Source: Patescibacteria group bacterium
GTDB taxonomy: Bacteria > Patescibacteriota > Patescibacteriia > JACQRZ01
Reading direction: 5' to 3'
Assembly: GCA_038065255.1 (NCBI GenBank)
Contig: JBBTRI010000004.1
Coordinates: 15,080-79,079 of the forward strand
Length of the DNA: 64,000 bases
In this document: positions 17,943-28,517 of the stretch, one piece after another
Layout of the letters: each line of letters starts with the position of its first letter
Position numbering within the stretch: position 1 is the first letter of the stretch
Notes under the pieces: generated by a model
Told to the model about the DNA's origin: nothing
Databases searched by the model: none
Seen by the model: only the letters and a program-made list of their open reading frames with translations
Made by a program: the position numbers and the translations under genes

Positions 17943-18923
17943 TTATAGTGTTAATCCGAGAGCAACAATACAGATGACAAAGGAAGTTGCAAGAAGACTC
18001 GGCAATCGAAATATGCGAAGCTTTGCAATACTCGATTCAATGAGAGCGATAGCCCCGCAAAGTATACATATCTTTATCGCGAAGTAGACAAGCCCTATGA
18101 ATAACGCAATGGGATCGAATGTATGCGCAATGCCGTAAGGAAAAAAAATACTTGCTGCCAGTGAAAGAAAAATCATATATTTTTGGGCAGCTGCCCATTC
18201 TATGAGAGCAAGCCGCTTGCCGGAATATTCCAATATCATCGCTTCATGAATCATCGTCAACTCCAAATGCGTTGATGGATTGTCAAAAGGATACCGCCCC
18301 GTTTCAGCAAGAAGCGCAATAAAAAATCCGCTAAATGCTAGCACGACTGGCGCCAAGTTCGACAAAGAGAGCGACCCTACCCCATTTGAAATACCAAACA
18401 TGTTTGTAGTGTGCGTGAGAAGTGCGAGTACAAAAAGTGAAAGGACAAGCGTCCCTTCGGCAAGTGAGGAGACCATCATTTCTCGACTTGAACCAAATCC
18501 GCCGAAAGCTCCTCCTGTATCAAGCCCAGCTAAAGCAAGAAAAAATGTACCAAATGCCATGCAGTAAACAAGCACAAGAAAATCCCCACTGCCACTCTTT
18601 GCAAAAGCTGTCGTAATGAGAGGTATATTGAAACCAACAAAAAGAAAGAGTGAACACAGGATATAGGGAGTAAAGCGAAATATCCACGAAGCATCCACAC
18701 TCAAAACTTCATCTTTATGGAATAGCTTCCAGAGATCACGATAGGGCTGCAGCACAGAAGCGCCACACCTCTTTTGCAATCGTGCCTTGAGCATTCTGGT
18801 AATTCCAATACAGAGCGGGGAGAAAATCGGAATAATGATGAGTTGAATAAGTGAAGCAAAGAAAAATGACATACTGAAAATATTACAGCGCAAGTGTTGC
18901 GAGAAGAACAATAAGCGCTCCAA
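17943..18923 (-). CDS. NuoH / HycD / HyfC-family membrane subunit
   Basis: RYPFDNPSTHLELTMIHEAMILEYSG matches the NuoH signature (PFD..E.E.EL..G...EYSG). Confidence 0.8.
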   Translation of the reverse strand: MERLLFFSQHLRCNIFSMSFFFASLIQLIIIPIFSPLCIGITRMLKARLQKRCGASVLQPYRDLWKLFHKDEVLSVDASWIFRFTPYILCSLFLFVGFNIPLITTAFAKSGSGDFLVLVYCMAFGTFFLALAGLDTGGAFGGFGSSREMMVSSLAEGTLVLSLFVLALLTHTTNMFGISNGVGSLSLSNLAPVVLAFSGFFIALLAETGRYPFDNPSTHLELTMIHEAMILEYSGKRLALIEWAAAQKYMIFLSLAASIFFPYGIAHTFDPIALFIGLVYFAIKICILCGAIALIESSIAKLRIFRLPSLLATSFVICIVALGLTL

Positions 18924-20925
18924 AGATATAGACTATATACATATTCACATTACCGCTCTGTATGGCGCGTGCACGATCCGAAATGGCGTTTATAACCCTT
19001 GTAAGACGATCATAGAATACAGCCCTATAAATATCATGGAGTTCCAATGTAATAACATTACGTTGAGGAAAATAGCGCGCATGAGAATCTGAATAATCCG
19101 TAACCACGCTTTTAGTTGGAAATAAGATAGCCCTGAAAATGGTAACCAGCGAACGACTAAACCCCGTTGCTGTTATTTCCATTCGAGATGTAAGGTCTGT
19201 GCCACAATCCCATGTCCTTCCATATCTCACGCGTTGGCGAGGAAAAAATAATTTCACACCCAAAAGAATACTGACGAACATGATACATAATCCTAATGTA
19301 ATGATTGGCATTGATACGGCAGAAAATCCGTTCTGCACAACGAGAAGCCCAGCAGCCGTATCGAACACACGCTCCTGTGAAAGTTGTGGAAATTGTCGAA
19401 CAATGACTTCCAGCGTACTAACAATCGTTGTTGCTCCAAGACCAAACAATAACGTAAGGAGTGCACAGAATGCCATGCTTATTCTCATGCTTATAGCCAC
19501 TTCTTGGGCAGCAGATGCATGCTCGCTGCGCGGACGGGCTAAAAACATTATGCCAAATGCTTTTACAAAACATGCTGCCGCAAGACCCCCGGTTAAGGCA
19601 AGCGCACCGATAGCAGAAATAGTAACTATCTTTGGAATAAGACTTAAAGATATAACCCCCTGAAAGAGAGCTTGAAACGTAAGCCACTCACTTACAAATC
19701 CATTAAACGGTGGCAGTGCGGAAATGGCCATCGATCCGATAAGAAATAGGAAGGCTGTCTGAGGCATGCGCTTAATAAGCCCGCCGTATTCCTCTATATT
19801 ACGTGTATGTGTTGCTGAAATTACTGATCCGGCACCCAAAAAGAGCAGAGCTTTAAACAATGCGTGATTTACCGTGTGGTAGAGAGCGGCAACACTCGCC
19901 AATACGGCAAGCCCATACTGATGCGAAGACACAAAAACAAGCGAACTCCCAAGACCCAATAAAATAATGCCGATATTTTCAATACTATGATAGGCAAGTA
20001 ATTTCTTACTATCATGCTCTGAAAGTGCATAAAGTACTCCCAGTAGCGAAGAAATGATTCCAAGGACGAGCACCACCAAACCCCACCACTGCGGGATGTC
20101 GGGAAAAAAATCAAGGCATATGCGAAAAAGCATATATATGCCTGTTTTGATCATAACGCCTGACATCAGCGCAGACACATGGGATGGAGCCGCAGGATGT
20201 GCAGCAGGCAACCAAATATGGAGGGGAATAATGCCGCATTTTATGCCGAACCCTATAAGGGCAGCGATAAACACAGCATCACGAACTAAGAATGGAATAA
20301 GATTGGAGGATGTTCGAATGGTATCAAAATCAAACGATCCAACGGAATGATAGATGAGTAAAAAGGCCAAAATGATAAACGCCGTACCAACATGAGTCAT
20401 AATAAAATATAGCGAACCTGCGCGTACATTTTCCTGCACTCTTCGTTCATACATAACAAGAACATACGATGCCAACGCCATAATCTCCCATACTATGAGA
20501 AAATAGAGCGCATGATTCGCCGTTACAACAAGAATCATGCTTACGATAAAAACGTTGTAAAAAAATGATAAAATTCCTATGGAATATTTTTGATAAAAAT
20601 GCTTGACGTAACCAATCGCGTATATCGAACACAACAAAGACAGAAGAGAAATAATTCCCATGAAGAACGCGGATAATAAATCAACTTTAATTGATATGGT
20701 AAGGAGTGGGAATGGCGAGGAAATAGTGTATACGGGAATCACTCGGCTTATAATAACGTGTGCGGAAAAAAGAAGCCCCCCGATTGATCCCAGTATGGCA
20801 AAGAAAGCCCCTAAAAGATTGGCGAGTTCGTCGTATTCATACAACAAGAGTGACACACACGCACCAATTGCAAAGAGTGAGATAATAGCAAAAAAACCAG
20901 TCTGAGAGAGGATACTGTCAATCAT
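18883..20925 (-). CDS. NuoL / MrpA / HyfB-family antiporter-like subunit (680 aa)
   Basis: IIPLHIWLPAAHPAAPSHVSALMSGVMIKTGIYMLFR, with a length and TM pattern like HyfB/NuoL. Confidence 0.8.
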   Translation of the reverse strand: MIDSILSQTGFFAIISLFAIGACVSLLLYEYDELANLLGAFFAILGSIGGLLFSAHVIISRVIPVYTISSPFPLLTISIKVDLLSAFFMGIISLLSLLCSIYAIGYVKHFYQKYSIGILSFFYNVFIVSMILVVTANHALYFLIVWEIMALASYVLVMYERRVQENVRAGSLYFIMTHVGTAFIILAFLLIYHSVGSFDFDTIRTSSNLIPFLVRDAVFIAALIGFGIKCGIIPLHIWLPAAHPAAPSHVSALMSGVMIKTGIYMLFRICLDFFPDIPQWWGLVVLVLGIISSLLGVLYALSEHDSKKLLAYHSIENIGIILLGLGSSLVFVSSHQYGLAVLASVAALYHTVNHALFKALLFLGAGSVISATHTRNIEEYGGLIKRMPQTAFLFLIGSMAISALPPFNGFVSEWLTFQALFQGVISLSLIPKIVTISAIGALALTGGLAAACFVKAFGIMFLARPRSEHASAAQEVAISMRISMAFCALLTLLFGLGATTIVSTLEVIVRQFPQLSQERVFDTAAGLLVVQNGFSAVSMPIITLGLCIMFVSILLGVKLFFPRQRVRYGRTWDCGTDLTSRMEITATGFSRSLVTIFRAILFPTKSVVTDYSDSHARYFPQRNVITLELHDIYRAVFYDRLTRVINAISDRARAIQSGNVNMYIVYIFGALIVLLATLAL

Positions 20926-20928
20926 ACG

Positions 20929-21456
20929 TTACGAATTTTTTTGATCTGGGGAGATGTCATCAAGAATGGTATGAAGCGACTTCAATATTGTGAGTGGTGA
21001 TGGCGGATCTCCCGGAATAGCATACTGTACCGGCACTACTGTATGCGCACCATCACACACTGCATATGATCCTTTAAATATTCCACCGTCAATTGCGTCA
21101 TCCCCAAGCGCAACAACAATATTCGGAGTTGGCATTGCTTCATAGGTCCGCACGAGAGCTTCTCTCATATTGCTACTTACCGGCCCGGTAACAATAAGCA
21201 TATCGGCATGTCGAGGCGATGCAACAAAACGAATGCCAAACCGCTCGACGTCATAATATGCATTCCCCAATGCTACCAACTCTTGTTCGCATGCGTTCGT
21301 CGAACCGGCTGTAACCACTCGAATAGCGAGCGATCTATTAAAAAGTTTTTTTATTTTTTTTTCCAATGCAAGGCCCAAATCAAGAACTTCATTCGAACCT
21401 AAACATTCTGCACGAGAAATAACAACCTGCTTCGTTGACAGCGTCTTATACAGCAT
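20929..21456 (-). CDS. NuoB-like / hydrogenase small-subunit-like protein with a degenerate Fe-S cluster site
   Basis: ASPRHADMLIVTGPV is the NuoB hallmark. The cluster ligand positions read STNACEQE (CC becomes AC), ALGDDAIDGG (C becomes D) and IPGDPP (CPP becomes DPP). Its start lies 3 bp after the atpC stop. Confidence 0.8.
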   Translation of the reverse strand: MLYKTLSTKQVVISRAECLGSNEVLDLGLALEKKIKKLFNRSLAIRVVTAGSTNACEQELVALGNAYYDVERFGIRFVASPRHADMLIVTGPVSSNMREALVRTYEAMPTPNIVVALGDDAIDGGIFKGSYAVCDGAHTVVPVQYAIPGDPPSPLTILKSLHTILDDISPDQKNS

Positions 21457-21459
21457 ATT

Positions 21460-21876
21460 CTACGCGGTATTTTTTCGATGTTTTCTTACGACATGCAAAC
21501 GAGCAAGTTCTTTTTCCAGTTTCGCTGCGATGATTGCGTATTCAGTTGTATCAAATGCTTGTTGGGTAAGGAGCTCTGCTGCACGCCTGTGCGCTTCTTG
21601 AGCGCGTTCTTCGATGATTTCTTCCACGCGCTCGGCAGTATCGGCTAAAATAATGATTTGCGTATTCTGCACTTCGAGCATGCCGGTGGATACAACCATG
21701 GGAATTATTTCGCCATCTTTTTTAATCGTAAGTTCACCGGATTTCAATAAACCTACCAACCCGACATGCTGCGGCAGTACGGTAATCTCACCGCTCTGTG
21801 TGGGAATGGTTACCTGGTCTACCTCGCCGTCATAGATGATCCGTTCCGGCGTTATTATACGAAGTGCAGTGGGCAT
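21460..21876 (-). CDS. atpC: F1 ATP synthase epsilon subunit
   Basis: LRIITPERIIYDGEVDQVTIPTQSGEITVLPQHVGLVGLLKSGEL is typical of the epsilon N-terminal beta-sandwich. Confidence 0.85.
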   Translation of the reverse strand: MPTALRIITPERIIYDGEVDQVTIPTQSGEITVLPQHVGLVGLLKSGELTIKKDGEIIPMVVSTGMLEVQNTQIIILADTAERVEEIIEERAQEAHRRAAELLTQQAFDTTEYAIIAAKLEKELARLHVVRKHRKNTA

Positions 21877-21887
21877 ACTTGATGTGT

Positions 21888-23264
<1,377 letters not shown>

Positions 23265-23291
23265 TCATAATTCATAATCGGTAAGATAGTG

Positions 23292-24167
23292 TTATTCCAA
23301 AGCAGCGCGGCCAGATGAAATTTCTGCAATTTCCTGCGTAATGCCCGCTTGGCGGATTTGGTTATACGTGAGGGAAAGATCGGAAAGCAGATCAGAGGCT
23401 GATGATGTCGCATTGTGCATCGCGAGCATACGTGCGCTATGTTCGGATGCTTCGCTTTCGAGGACTGCTTGAAAAATCTGCACATCCAGAAGACGAGGTA
23501 AGACTGCCTTGATTACTTCTGTATCCGACGGCTCAAAAAGAACCGGTAAAGTTGCTGTTGTGCCTTCCCTGTGGTGTTCCTCAACCTCGAGCGGCAGGAG
23601 TGTTTTGGCAACCGAAGACTGTTTAACCGAGGAAACAAAATGCATGGCAACAAGTATGACTTTATCAAGCTCGCCGCGGATATACATATCGCTGATAACA
23701 TGGGAGATTGGCGCAACATCCATAATAGAACGAGTGATATCATTTTTTGGAAAATCCGCCTTGACAGTGTACCCGGAGCGAGCAGCAAGCTCTCCCCCTT
23801 TCTTGCCTAGAGAAAAAAGTAGGGTATGTGTTGCTCCAGATTCTTTCTCGCGAGCTACGGTACGCTGGACCTGTGCAAGAAGTGCATTATTGAATCCTCC
23901 GCAAAGCCCTCGATTGGTACTCACAAGAACAATGCCTAATGTTTTCACAGGACGTTTTGCAAGGAGTGGATGAAGCTGCTCATCATGATTTGGATCCAAG
24001 CGACTAAGTATATCCCATGCAGTTGTTGCATAGGGACGTGTTGCAAGAGCCGCAGTCACTGCACGCCTCATTTTGGAAGCGGAAACAAGCTCCATTGCCT
24101 TTGTCATTTTTTTTGTATTGCCGATTGATCGGATCTGCCGGCGGATTGCAAGCGTACCTTTTGCCAT
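23292..24167 (-). CDS. atpG: F1 ATP synthase gamma subunit
   Basis: The N-terminus MAKGTLAIRRQIRSIGNTKKMTKAMELVSASKMRRA and the C-terminal helix are typical of gamma. Confidence 0.9.
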   Translation of the reverse strand: MAKGTLAIRRQIRSIGNTKKMTKAMELVSASKMRRAVTAALATRPYATTAWDILSRLDPNHDEQLHPLLAKRPVKTLGIVLVSTNRGLCGGFNNALLAQVQRTVAREKESGATHTLLFSLGKKGGELAARSGYTVKADFPKNDITRSIMDVAPISHVISDMYIRGELDKVILVAMHFVSSVKQSSVAKTLLPLEVEEHHREGTTATLPVLFEPSDTEVIKAVLPRLLDVQIFQAVLESEASEHSARMLAMHNATSSASDLLSDLSLTYNQIRQAGITQEIAEISSGRAALE

Positions 24168-24169
24168 AC

Positions 24170-25702
24170 TTACAGCTGTGCCGTAGCATTAAAATCTGTG
24201 ATTGCTTTTTTGAGAAGGTGTTCTGTTTCTTCGTTAAGCTCGCCAGTTTCGCGGATCGACTGGAGTACGATTTTCTCGTTTGCACTTTCAATATAATTGA
24301 TAAAGTGTTCTTCCCATTTTTGGATTTTATCCACTTCAATTGTATCGAGGTGTCCGTTCACGCCTGCATACAGCAGAACAACCTGCTGTTCAACGGGACG
24401 TGGTTTGTATTGTCCTTGCTTGAGTAATTCTGTAAGCCGCTTACCCCGATTGATTTGTTTTTGCGTTGTTTCATCCAGATCTGATCCGAATTGAGCGAAT
24501 GCGGCAAGTTCGCGGTACTGTGCCAAGTCAAGACGGAGACGGCCGGCAACTTTTTTCATCGCTTTTGTTTGTGCAGATGAGCCGACACGAGACACCGACA
24601 AACCAACATTCAAAGCGGGGCGTATGCCCTGGTAAAAGAGATCTGTTTCCAGGTAAATTTGTCCATCGGTAATGGAAATAACGTTTGTGGGAATATATGC
24701 AGATACATCGCCTGCCTGCGTTTCAATAATAGGCAGAGCGGTCAATGAACCGCCACCATTGTCAGCATTTAGTTTTGCAGCGCGCTCCAACAAACGTGAA
24801 TGGAGGTAAAAAATATCGCCAGGATATGCCTCGCGCCCCGGCGGTCGACGCAATAAAAGCGAAAGTTGGCGATACGCAACCGCATGCTTGGAAAGATCAT
24901 CATAGACAATAAGTACGTCCTTACCCTGTTCCATAAAGTATTCTCCCATTGCGCATGCTGCGTAGGGAGCTATAAAACTCATGGCCGCCGGATCGGATGC
25001 ACCTGCAAGTACCACTACTGTATAATCCATTGCGCCTTCTTCGGAAAGGCGTGAAACAATTTTTGCAATTTTAGATTCCTTCTGTCCTATTGCTACATAG
25101 ATACAGAATACGGGAGCGCCTTTTGCATATTCACTCTTTTGGCTGATGATGGCATCGAGCGCCACGGCAGTTTTGCCTGTTTGGCGATCGCCGATAATCA
25201 GTTCTCGTTGCCCTCTGCCAATTGGTATCATTGCATCTACTGCCGTTATGCCCGTAATGAGCGGCTGCCGTACCGATTGTCGCGTGATAACACCCGGAGC
25301 GATTTTTTCAATAGGATAAAAGGTATCCGTAGCAATGGGCCCCTGCCCATCAATAGGTGCTCCAAGAGCATCAACAACACGACCCACAAGACCGGGACCT
25401 ACCGGAACTTCCAGAATACGTCCCGTAGGTTTTACGCGATCGCCCTCTCTTAAACTCCTGAAATCTCCCAAAATCATTGCGCCAACAGTATCTTCTTCAA
25501 GATTCAGTACGACACCCATAACCGTTGAACCATCATGGGAAAGAAATTCAAGCATTTCCGATTGACGCGCATCTGCCAACCCGGAGATTTTTGCAATACC
25601 ATCCCCTACTTCGATAACATTACCTTCTTTTTGGACCTGTAGATCGCTTTTGAAAGATTCAAGCTGCTTCTGAAGTGATTGTATGAGATATTCTGATGAC
25701 AT
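24170..25702 (-). CDS. atpA: F1 ATP synthase alpha subunit
   Basis: [17 protein letters not shown]-loop, and 510 aa. Confidence 0.95.
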   Translation of the reverse strand: MSSEYLIQSLQKQLESFKSDLQVQKEGNVIEVGDGIAKISGLADARQSEMLEFLSHDGSTVMGVVLNLEEDTVGAMILGDFRSLREGDRVKPTGRILEVPVGPGLVGRVVDALGAPIDGQGPIATDTFYPIEKIAPGVITRQSVRQPLITGITAVDAMIPIGRGQRELIIGDRQTGKTAVALDAIISQKSEYAKGAPVFCIYVAIGQKESKIAKIVSRLSEEGAMDYTVVVLAGASDPAAMSFIAPYAACAMGEYFMEQGKDVLIVYDDLSKHAVAYRQLSLLLRRPPGREAYPGDIFYLHSRLLERAAKLNADNGGGSLTALPIIETQAGDVSAYIPTNVISITDGQIYLETDLFYQGIRPALNVGLSVSRVGSSAQTKAMKKVAGRLRLDLAQYRELAAFAQFGSDLDETTQKQINRGKRLTELLKQGQYKPRPVEQQVVLLYAGVNGHLDTIEVDKIQKWEEHFINYIESANEKIVLQSIRETGELNEETEHLLKKAITDFNATAQL

Positions 25703-25716
25703 AATAACGTATTCAG

Positions 25717-26127
25717 TTAGGCATGGGCACTTTTTTGTAAATGGCGACGTAATGCATGGAGGCGTCCCGCATCGCTAGCATCGACGACAAGGTCTTGTGC
25801 TTTCACTCTGAATCCTCCGATGAGATCCGCATCGACAGTAAAGGAAATATTGCTCTTTTTCCCGTATGATGCATGGATCATTTCCTCGAACATCTTTTTT
25901 TCATTGGCAGTGGGTTGGCTTGCGGTTGTAATAGTTACGCGAACAGAGCCCTCGAGGCGACTTGTGACATCACGCAACGATCGTGCTACCGCACCTGCCG
26001 TTCGAAGCAATCCTTGCCTAGCTAAAAAAGATACAAATTCATGTATCATGGTATCAATCTGCTGATGTGTTTTGCCTTTTGCCAGAGCAAGGAGGCTTTC
26101 CGCATATCGCTGGGGGGCTATCTTCAT
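25717..26127 (-). CDS. atpH: F1 ATP synthase delta (OSCP) subunit, short form
   Basis: The call rests on position between atpF and atpA and on OSCP-like helices. At 136 aa it is shorter than usual. Confidence 0.7.
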   Translation of the reverse strand: MKIAPQRYAESLLALAKGKTHQQIDTMIHEFVSFLARQGLLRTAGAVARSLRDVTSRLEGSVRVTITTASQPTANEKKMFEEMIHASYGKKSNISFTVDADLIGGFRVKAQDLVVDASDAGRLHALRRHLQKSAHA

Positions 26128-26627
26128 ACGTTTTTTTTGAGCCGATCAACGGCTTTTTTAGCAAGATCTTTTGAAATCTTTTTTTCACCGCTTGTTTGTG
26201 CTATCGATGCAGATGCCTGCACAACGAGATCAACAATATCTTTTTTTGCATCTTCGAGCATTTGTTGTTTTTCCTGTTCTATGCGCGTCTTGGCCTGAGT
26301 AACAACGCGCTTCACTTCTTCACGAGTTTGCTTCACTGTTTCTTGCCGATGCTGCTCCGCTAATGCCGATGCTTCTTCCAAAATCTTTTCTGCTTCTTTC
26401 TTTGCCTTGAGAACGATTTGCTTATAGGTCTGGTCGGTGAGTTTCAGCTTCTCTTCAGCTGCATCGGCATCTGCCAACCCTTTTTCGATCTTTGCAGTGC
26501 GCTTTTCAAGCAATGCAAGAAGGGGCTTATACAAGAGCTTGTACAGGGCAAAAAAAAGAATTGCGAAATTGACAAGTTGGGCTACAAGCAACCTCCAATC
26601 AACACCGAGTGATGTGAGGATTTCCAT
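26124..26627 (-). CDS. atpF: Fo ATP synthase b subunit
   Basis: A single N-terminal TM segment followed by a long charged helix (KEAEKILEEASALAEQHRQE...), in the expected operon position. Confidence 0.75.
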   Translation of the reverse strand: MEILTSLGVDWRLLVAQLVNFAILFFALYKLLYKPLLALLEKRTAKIEKGLADADAAEEKLKLTDQTYKQIVLKAKKEAEKILEEASALAEQHRQETVKQTREEVKRVVTQAKTRIEQEKQQMLEDAKKDIVDLVVQASASIAQTSGEKKISKDLAKKAVDRLKKNV

Positions 26628-26648
26628 AGATGGTGTATGACTAAAAAG

Positions 26649-26963
<315 letters not shown>

Positions 26964-26998
26964 TTATTGTAGCGCACATTTTGAAGGTGTCAACAGGT

Positions 26999-27181
26999 CT
27001 ACTGACCTTTCCTAATCATCTTAACTGATAAAATGTATGATTTTGAGTCGGATTCGATATTCTGGAGCCTCAAAAAACCGCAATTGTATCCGTAGATACG
27101 ATGAGGATTTTTTGAGGCGAAGAACGAGAAGGCGGCAAAAATCATAGGCTTTAGCGTTAAGATGATTAGGAAAGGTCAGTA
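26999..27181. repeat. 183-bp element bounded by perfect 26-bp terminal inverted repeats (MITE-like or structured-RNA candidate)
   Basis: tactgacctttcctaatcatcttaac at 26999-27024 is the exact reverse complement of gttaagatgattaggaaaggtcagta at 27156-27181. A nested inverted repeat lies inside (gcctcaaaaaa ... ttttttgaggc). Confidence 0.6.
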
Positions 27182-27187
27182 AGTGCA

Positions 27188-27216
27188 TAAAAAAACCTCG
27201 CTGTGAGTAGCGAGGG
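27188..27216 (-). terminator. rho-independent terminator for the minus-strand gene ending at 27227
   Basis: On the minus strand the sequence reads cctcgct-actcac-agcgagg followed by a run of seven T. Confidence 0.55.
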
Positions 27217-27226
27217 AGGTGAATAC

Positions 27227-27838
27227 CTATCTTGAAGGATTTGTTGCTTGCTCGTTTTTGAGCTCATCTACTGAACCGGGGTTCTCCCAGGGGAAAAATA
27301 CTGCCTCGTGACAATCGATATCTCTGAGCTTATCATGAGTTCCTAGCGGAGTATCCGAACCGGGATACATAGACTGAATAATCATCGCGGGAGTATCCCC
27401 ATCAAAACGGGGTTGCTCTAGACTATAAATGACCGTAAGTGTTTTCGTCAGTGGAGCAGGAACTGTTGGGTCTTTTACGCGCCATGCCCGTGTCCACTTA
27501 TTCGGATTAAATTCTTCTATATCAAAGGGGATATCGAATAGGTGTACGGCTGAAGCCCAGCCAACATAGGATGGGTACTCGATTTCAACACTCCACGTAC
27601 CGCAGGGATCGGGCTTATTAGAAAGCACTTCTAGCGCTTCATCAACCAACTCTGAGAGGATAAAGGAGTCGGTAAGAAATTGGTTGTCATATTTCCACCG
27701 ATAGAAATTTCCTGCAAGCGGCTGCCCACTCTGGCGAAAACATGTCGACCGAAGGCGGTTGCGCTGACGAACCGGCAGAATGATGCGAATGGTTGAACCC
27801 TGATGTATCAATGAACAAGTATAGATGGTTTCCATCAT
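27227..27838 (-). CDS. hypothetical protein
   Basis: ORF with a probable ATG start at 27838 (MMETIYTCSLIHQG...), just downstream of a consensus promoter. The track ORF starts at an upstream TTG that coincides with the -35 box. I recognised no family. Confidence 0.4.
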   Translation of the reverse strand: MMETIYTCSLIHQGSTIRIILPVRQRNRLRSTCFRQSGQPLAGNFYRWKYDNQFLTDSFILSELVDEALEVLSNKPDPCGTWSVEIEYPSYVGWASAVHLFDIPFDIEEFNPNKWTRAWRVKDPTVPAPLTKTLTVIYSLEQPRFDGDTPAMIIQSMYPGSDTPLGTHDKLRDIDCHEAVFFPWENPGSVDELKNEQATNPSR

Positions 27839-28274
27839 CTCGATTGCCATTATACACCAAAATGCCCCTTTTGTCAATAAAAAACCTCGCTAGAGAGCGA
27901 GGAGCTAGATGGAATTTGTAATCGGATACCGCTTTCTCAAGAAGTACCGCACGCTTATAGAGTGGGTGCGCATTTCTTTTCAGTTCAAGGTCCTTTCGAG
28001 TAGATGATCGTAGCTTCTGCTCTGGTATGAAATTTAATGCAGCAAAAATAGCCATACCTATAAGACCTAACAGTATGAAAGCTACAAAGATCCAACCAAA
28101 CCATGGCCACGTAATCACTCCTTTACTCGTAGAAGCTGCGAGGGTAAAGAAAGAGGTTATCGCACCAAACACAGCACAACCGACAGAACCATAGAGGGGG
28201 TCAGCGTAACGCACCTCTATTTTGTCTACTTCACTAAGGAAAATATATGAAGAAGCTCTATAAAAAAATATCAT
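27687..28274 (-). CDS. hypothetical small membrane protein (two TM segments); 3' end uncertain
   Basis: The N-terminal two-thirds (about 27906-28274) is a convincing two-TM protein. The frame reads through the hairpin and promoter and overlaps the next gene by about 150 bp, so the true stop may differ (frameshift or genuine overlap). Confidence 0.35.
   Translation of the reverse strand: MIFFYRASSYIFLSEVDKIEVRYADPLYGSVGCAVFGAITSFFTLAASTSKGVITWPWFGWIFVAFILLGLIGMAIFAALNFIPEQKLRSSTRKDLELKRNAHPLYKRAVLLEKAVSDYKFHLAPRSLARFFIDKRGILVYNGNRDDGNHLYLFIDTSGFNHSHHSAGSSAQPPSVDMFSPEWAAACRKFLSVEI
27849..27877 (-). promoter_or_regulatory. sigma-70-type promoter with a near-leaderless start
   Basis: Minus strand: TTGACA, a 17-nt spacer, TATAAT, then ATGATG 11 nt later. 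It directly follows the hairpin at 27878-27902. Confidence 0.5.
27878..27902 (-). terminator. terminator-like hairpin (second copy of the aaaaaacctcgct..agcgagg motif)
   Basis: The stem is cctcgct/agcgagg, with the T-run on the minus strand. It lies inside the reading frame of ORF 27687..28274, so its function is ambiguous. Confidence 0.4.
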
Positions 28275-28516
28275 CGTTCAAAAGTGAGGCTGCGGAACGA
28301 AAGTTTTGGGAAACCAACGATTCAACTCAGTATATTGATTGGCGAAAAGCAAAAAAAACAAGATTCCCAAATCTCAAACCTTCAACAGAAACTATTTCTC
28401 TCCGTCTGCCACAGGGAATGCTGGAAGAGATTAAGATTCGAGCGCAAAAACGCGATGTTCCCTACCAGTCGCTTATCAAAATCATGCTTGATAGTAAACT
28501 GCGCGAGGATAGATAG
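28247..28516 (+). CDS. BrnA-like (CopG/RHH-family) antitoxin, apparently orphan
   Basis: AAERKFWETNDSTQYIDWRKAKKTRFPNLKPSTETISLRLPQGMLEEIKIRAQKRDVPYQSLIKIMLDSKL matches the BrnA/COG3514 pattern. No BrnT-like ORF lies upstream. Confidence 0.55.
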   Translation: MKKLYKKISSFKSEAAERKFWETNDSTQYIDWRKAKKTRFPNLKPSTETISLRLPQGMLEEIKIRAQKRDVPYQSLIKIMLDSKLREDR

Positions 28517-28517
28517 T

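Noticed and set aside
19139-19663. Plus-strand ORFs of 60-210 aa lying antisense to the atp and nuo-like genes (for example 19139..19663, 22548..22898, 23509..23973, 50920..51543)
   Set aside because: They are low-complexity shadow ORFs inside strongly supported minus-strand genes. They have no motifs or start-site context, so they are not called.
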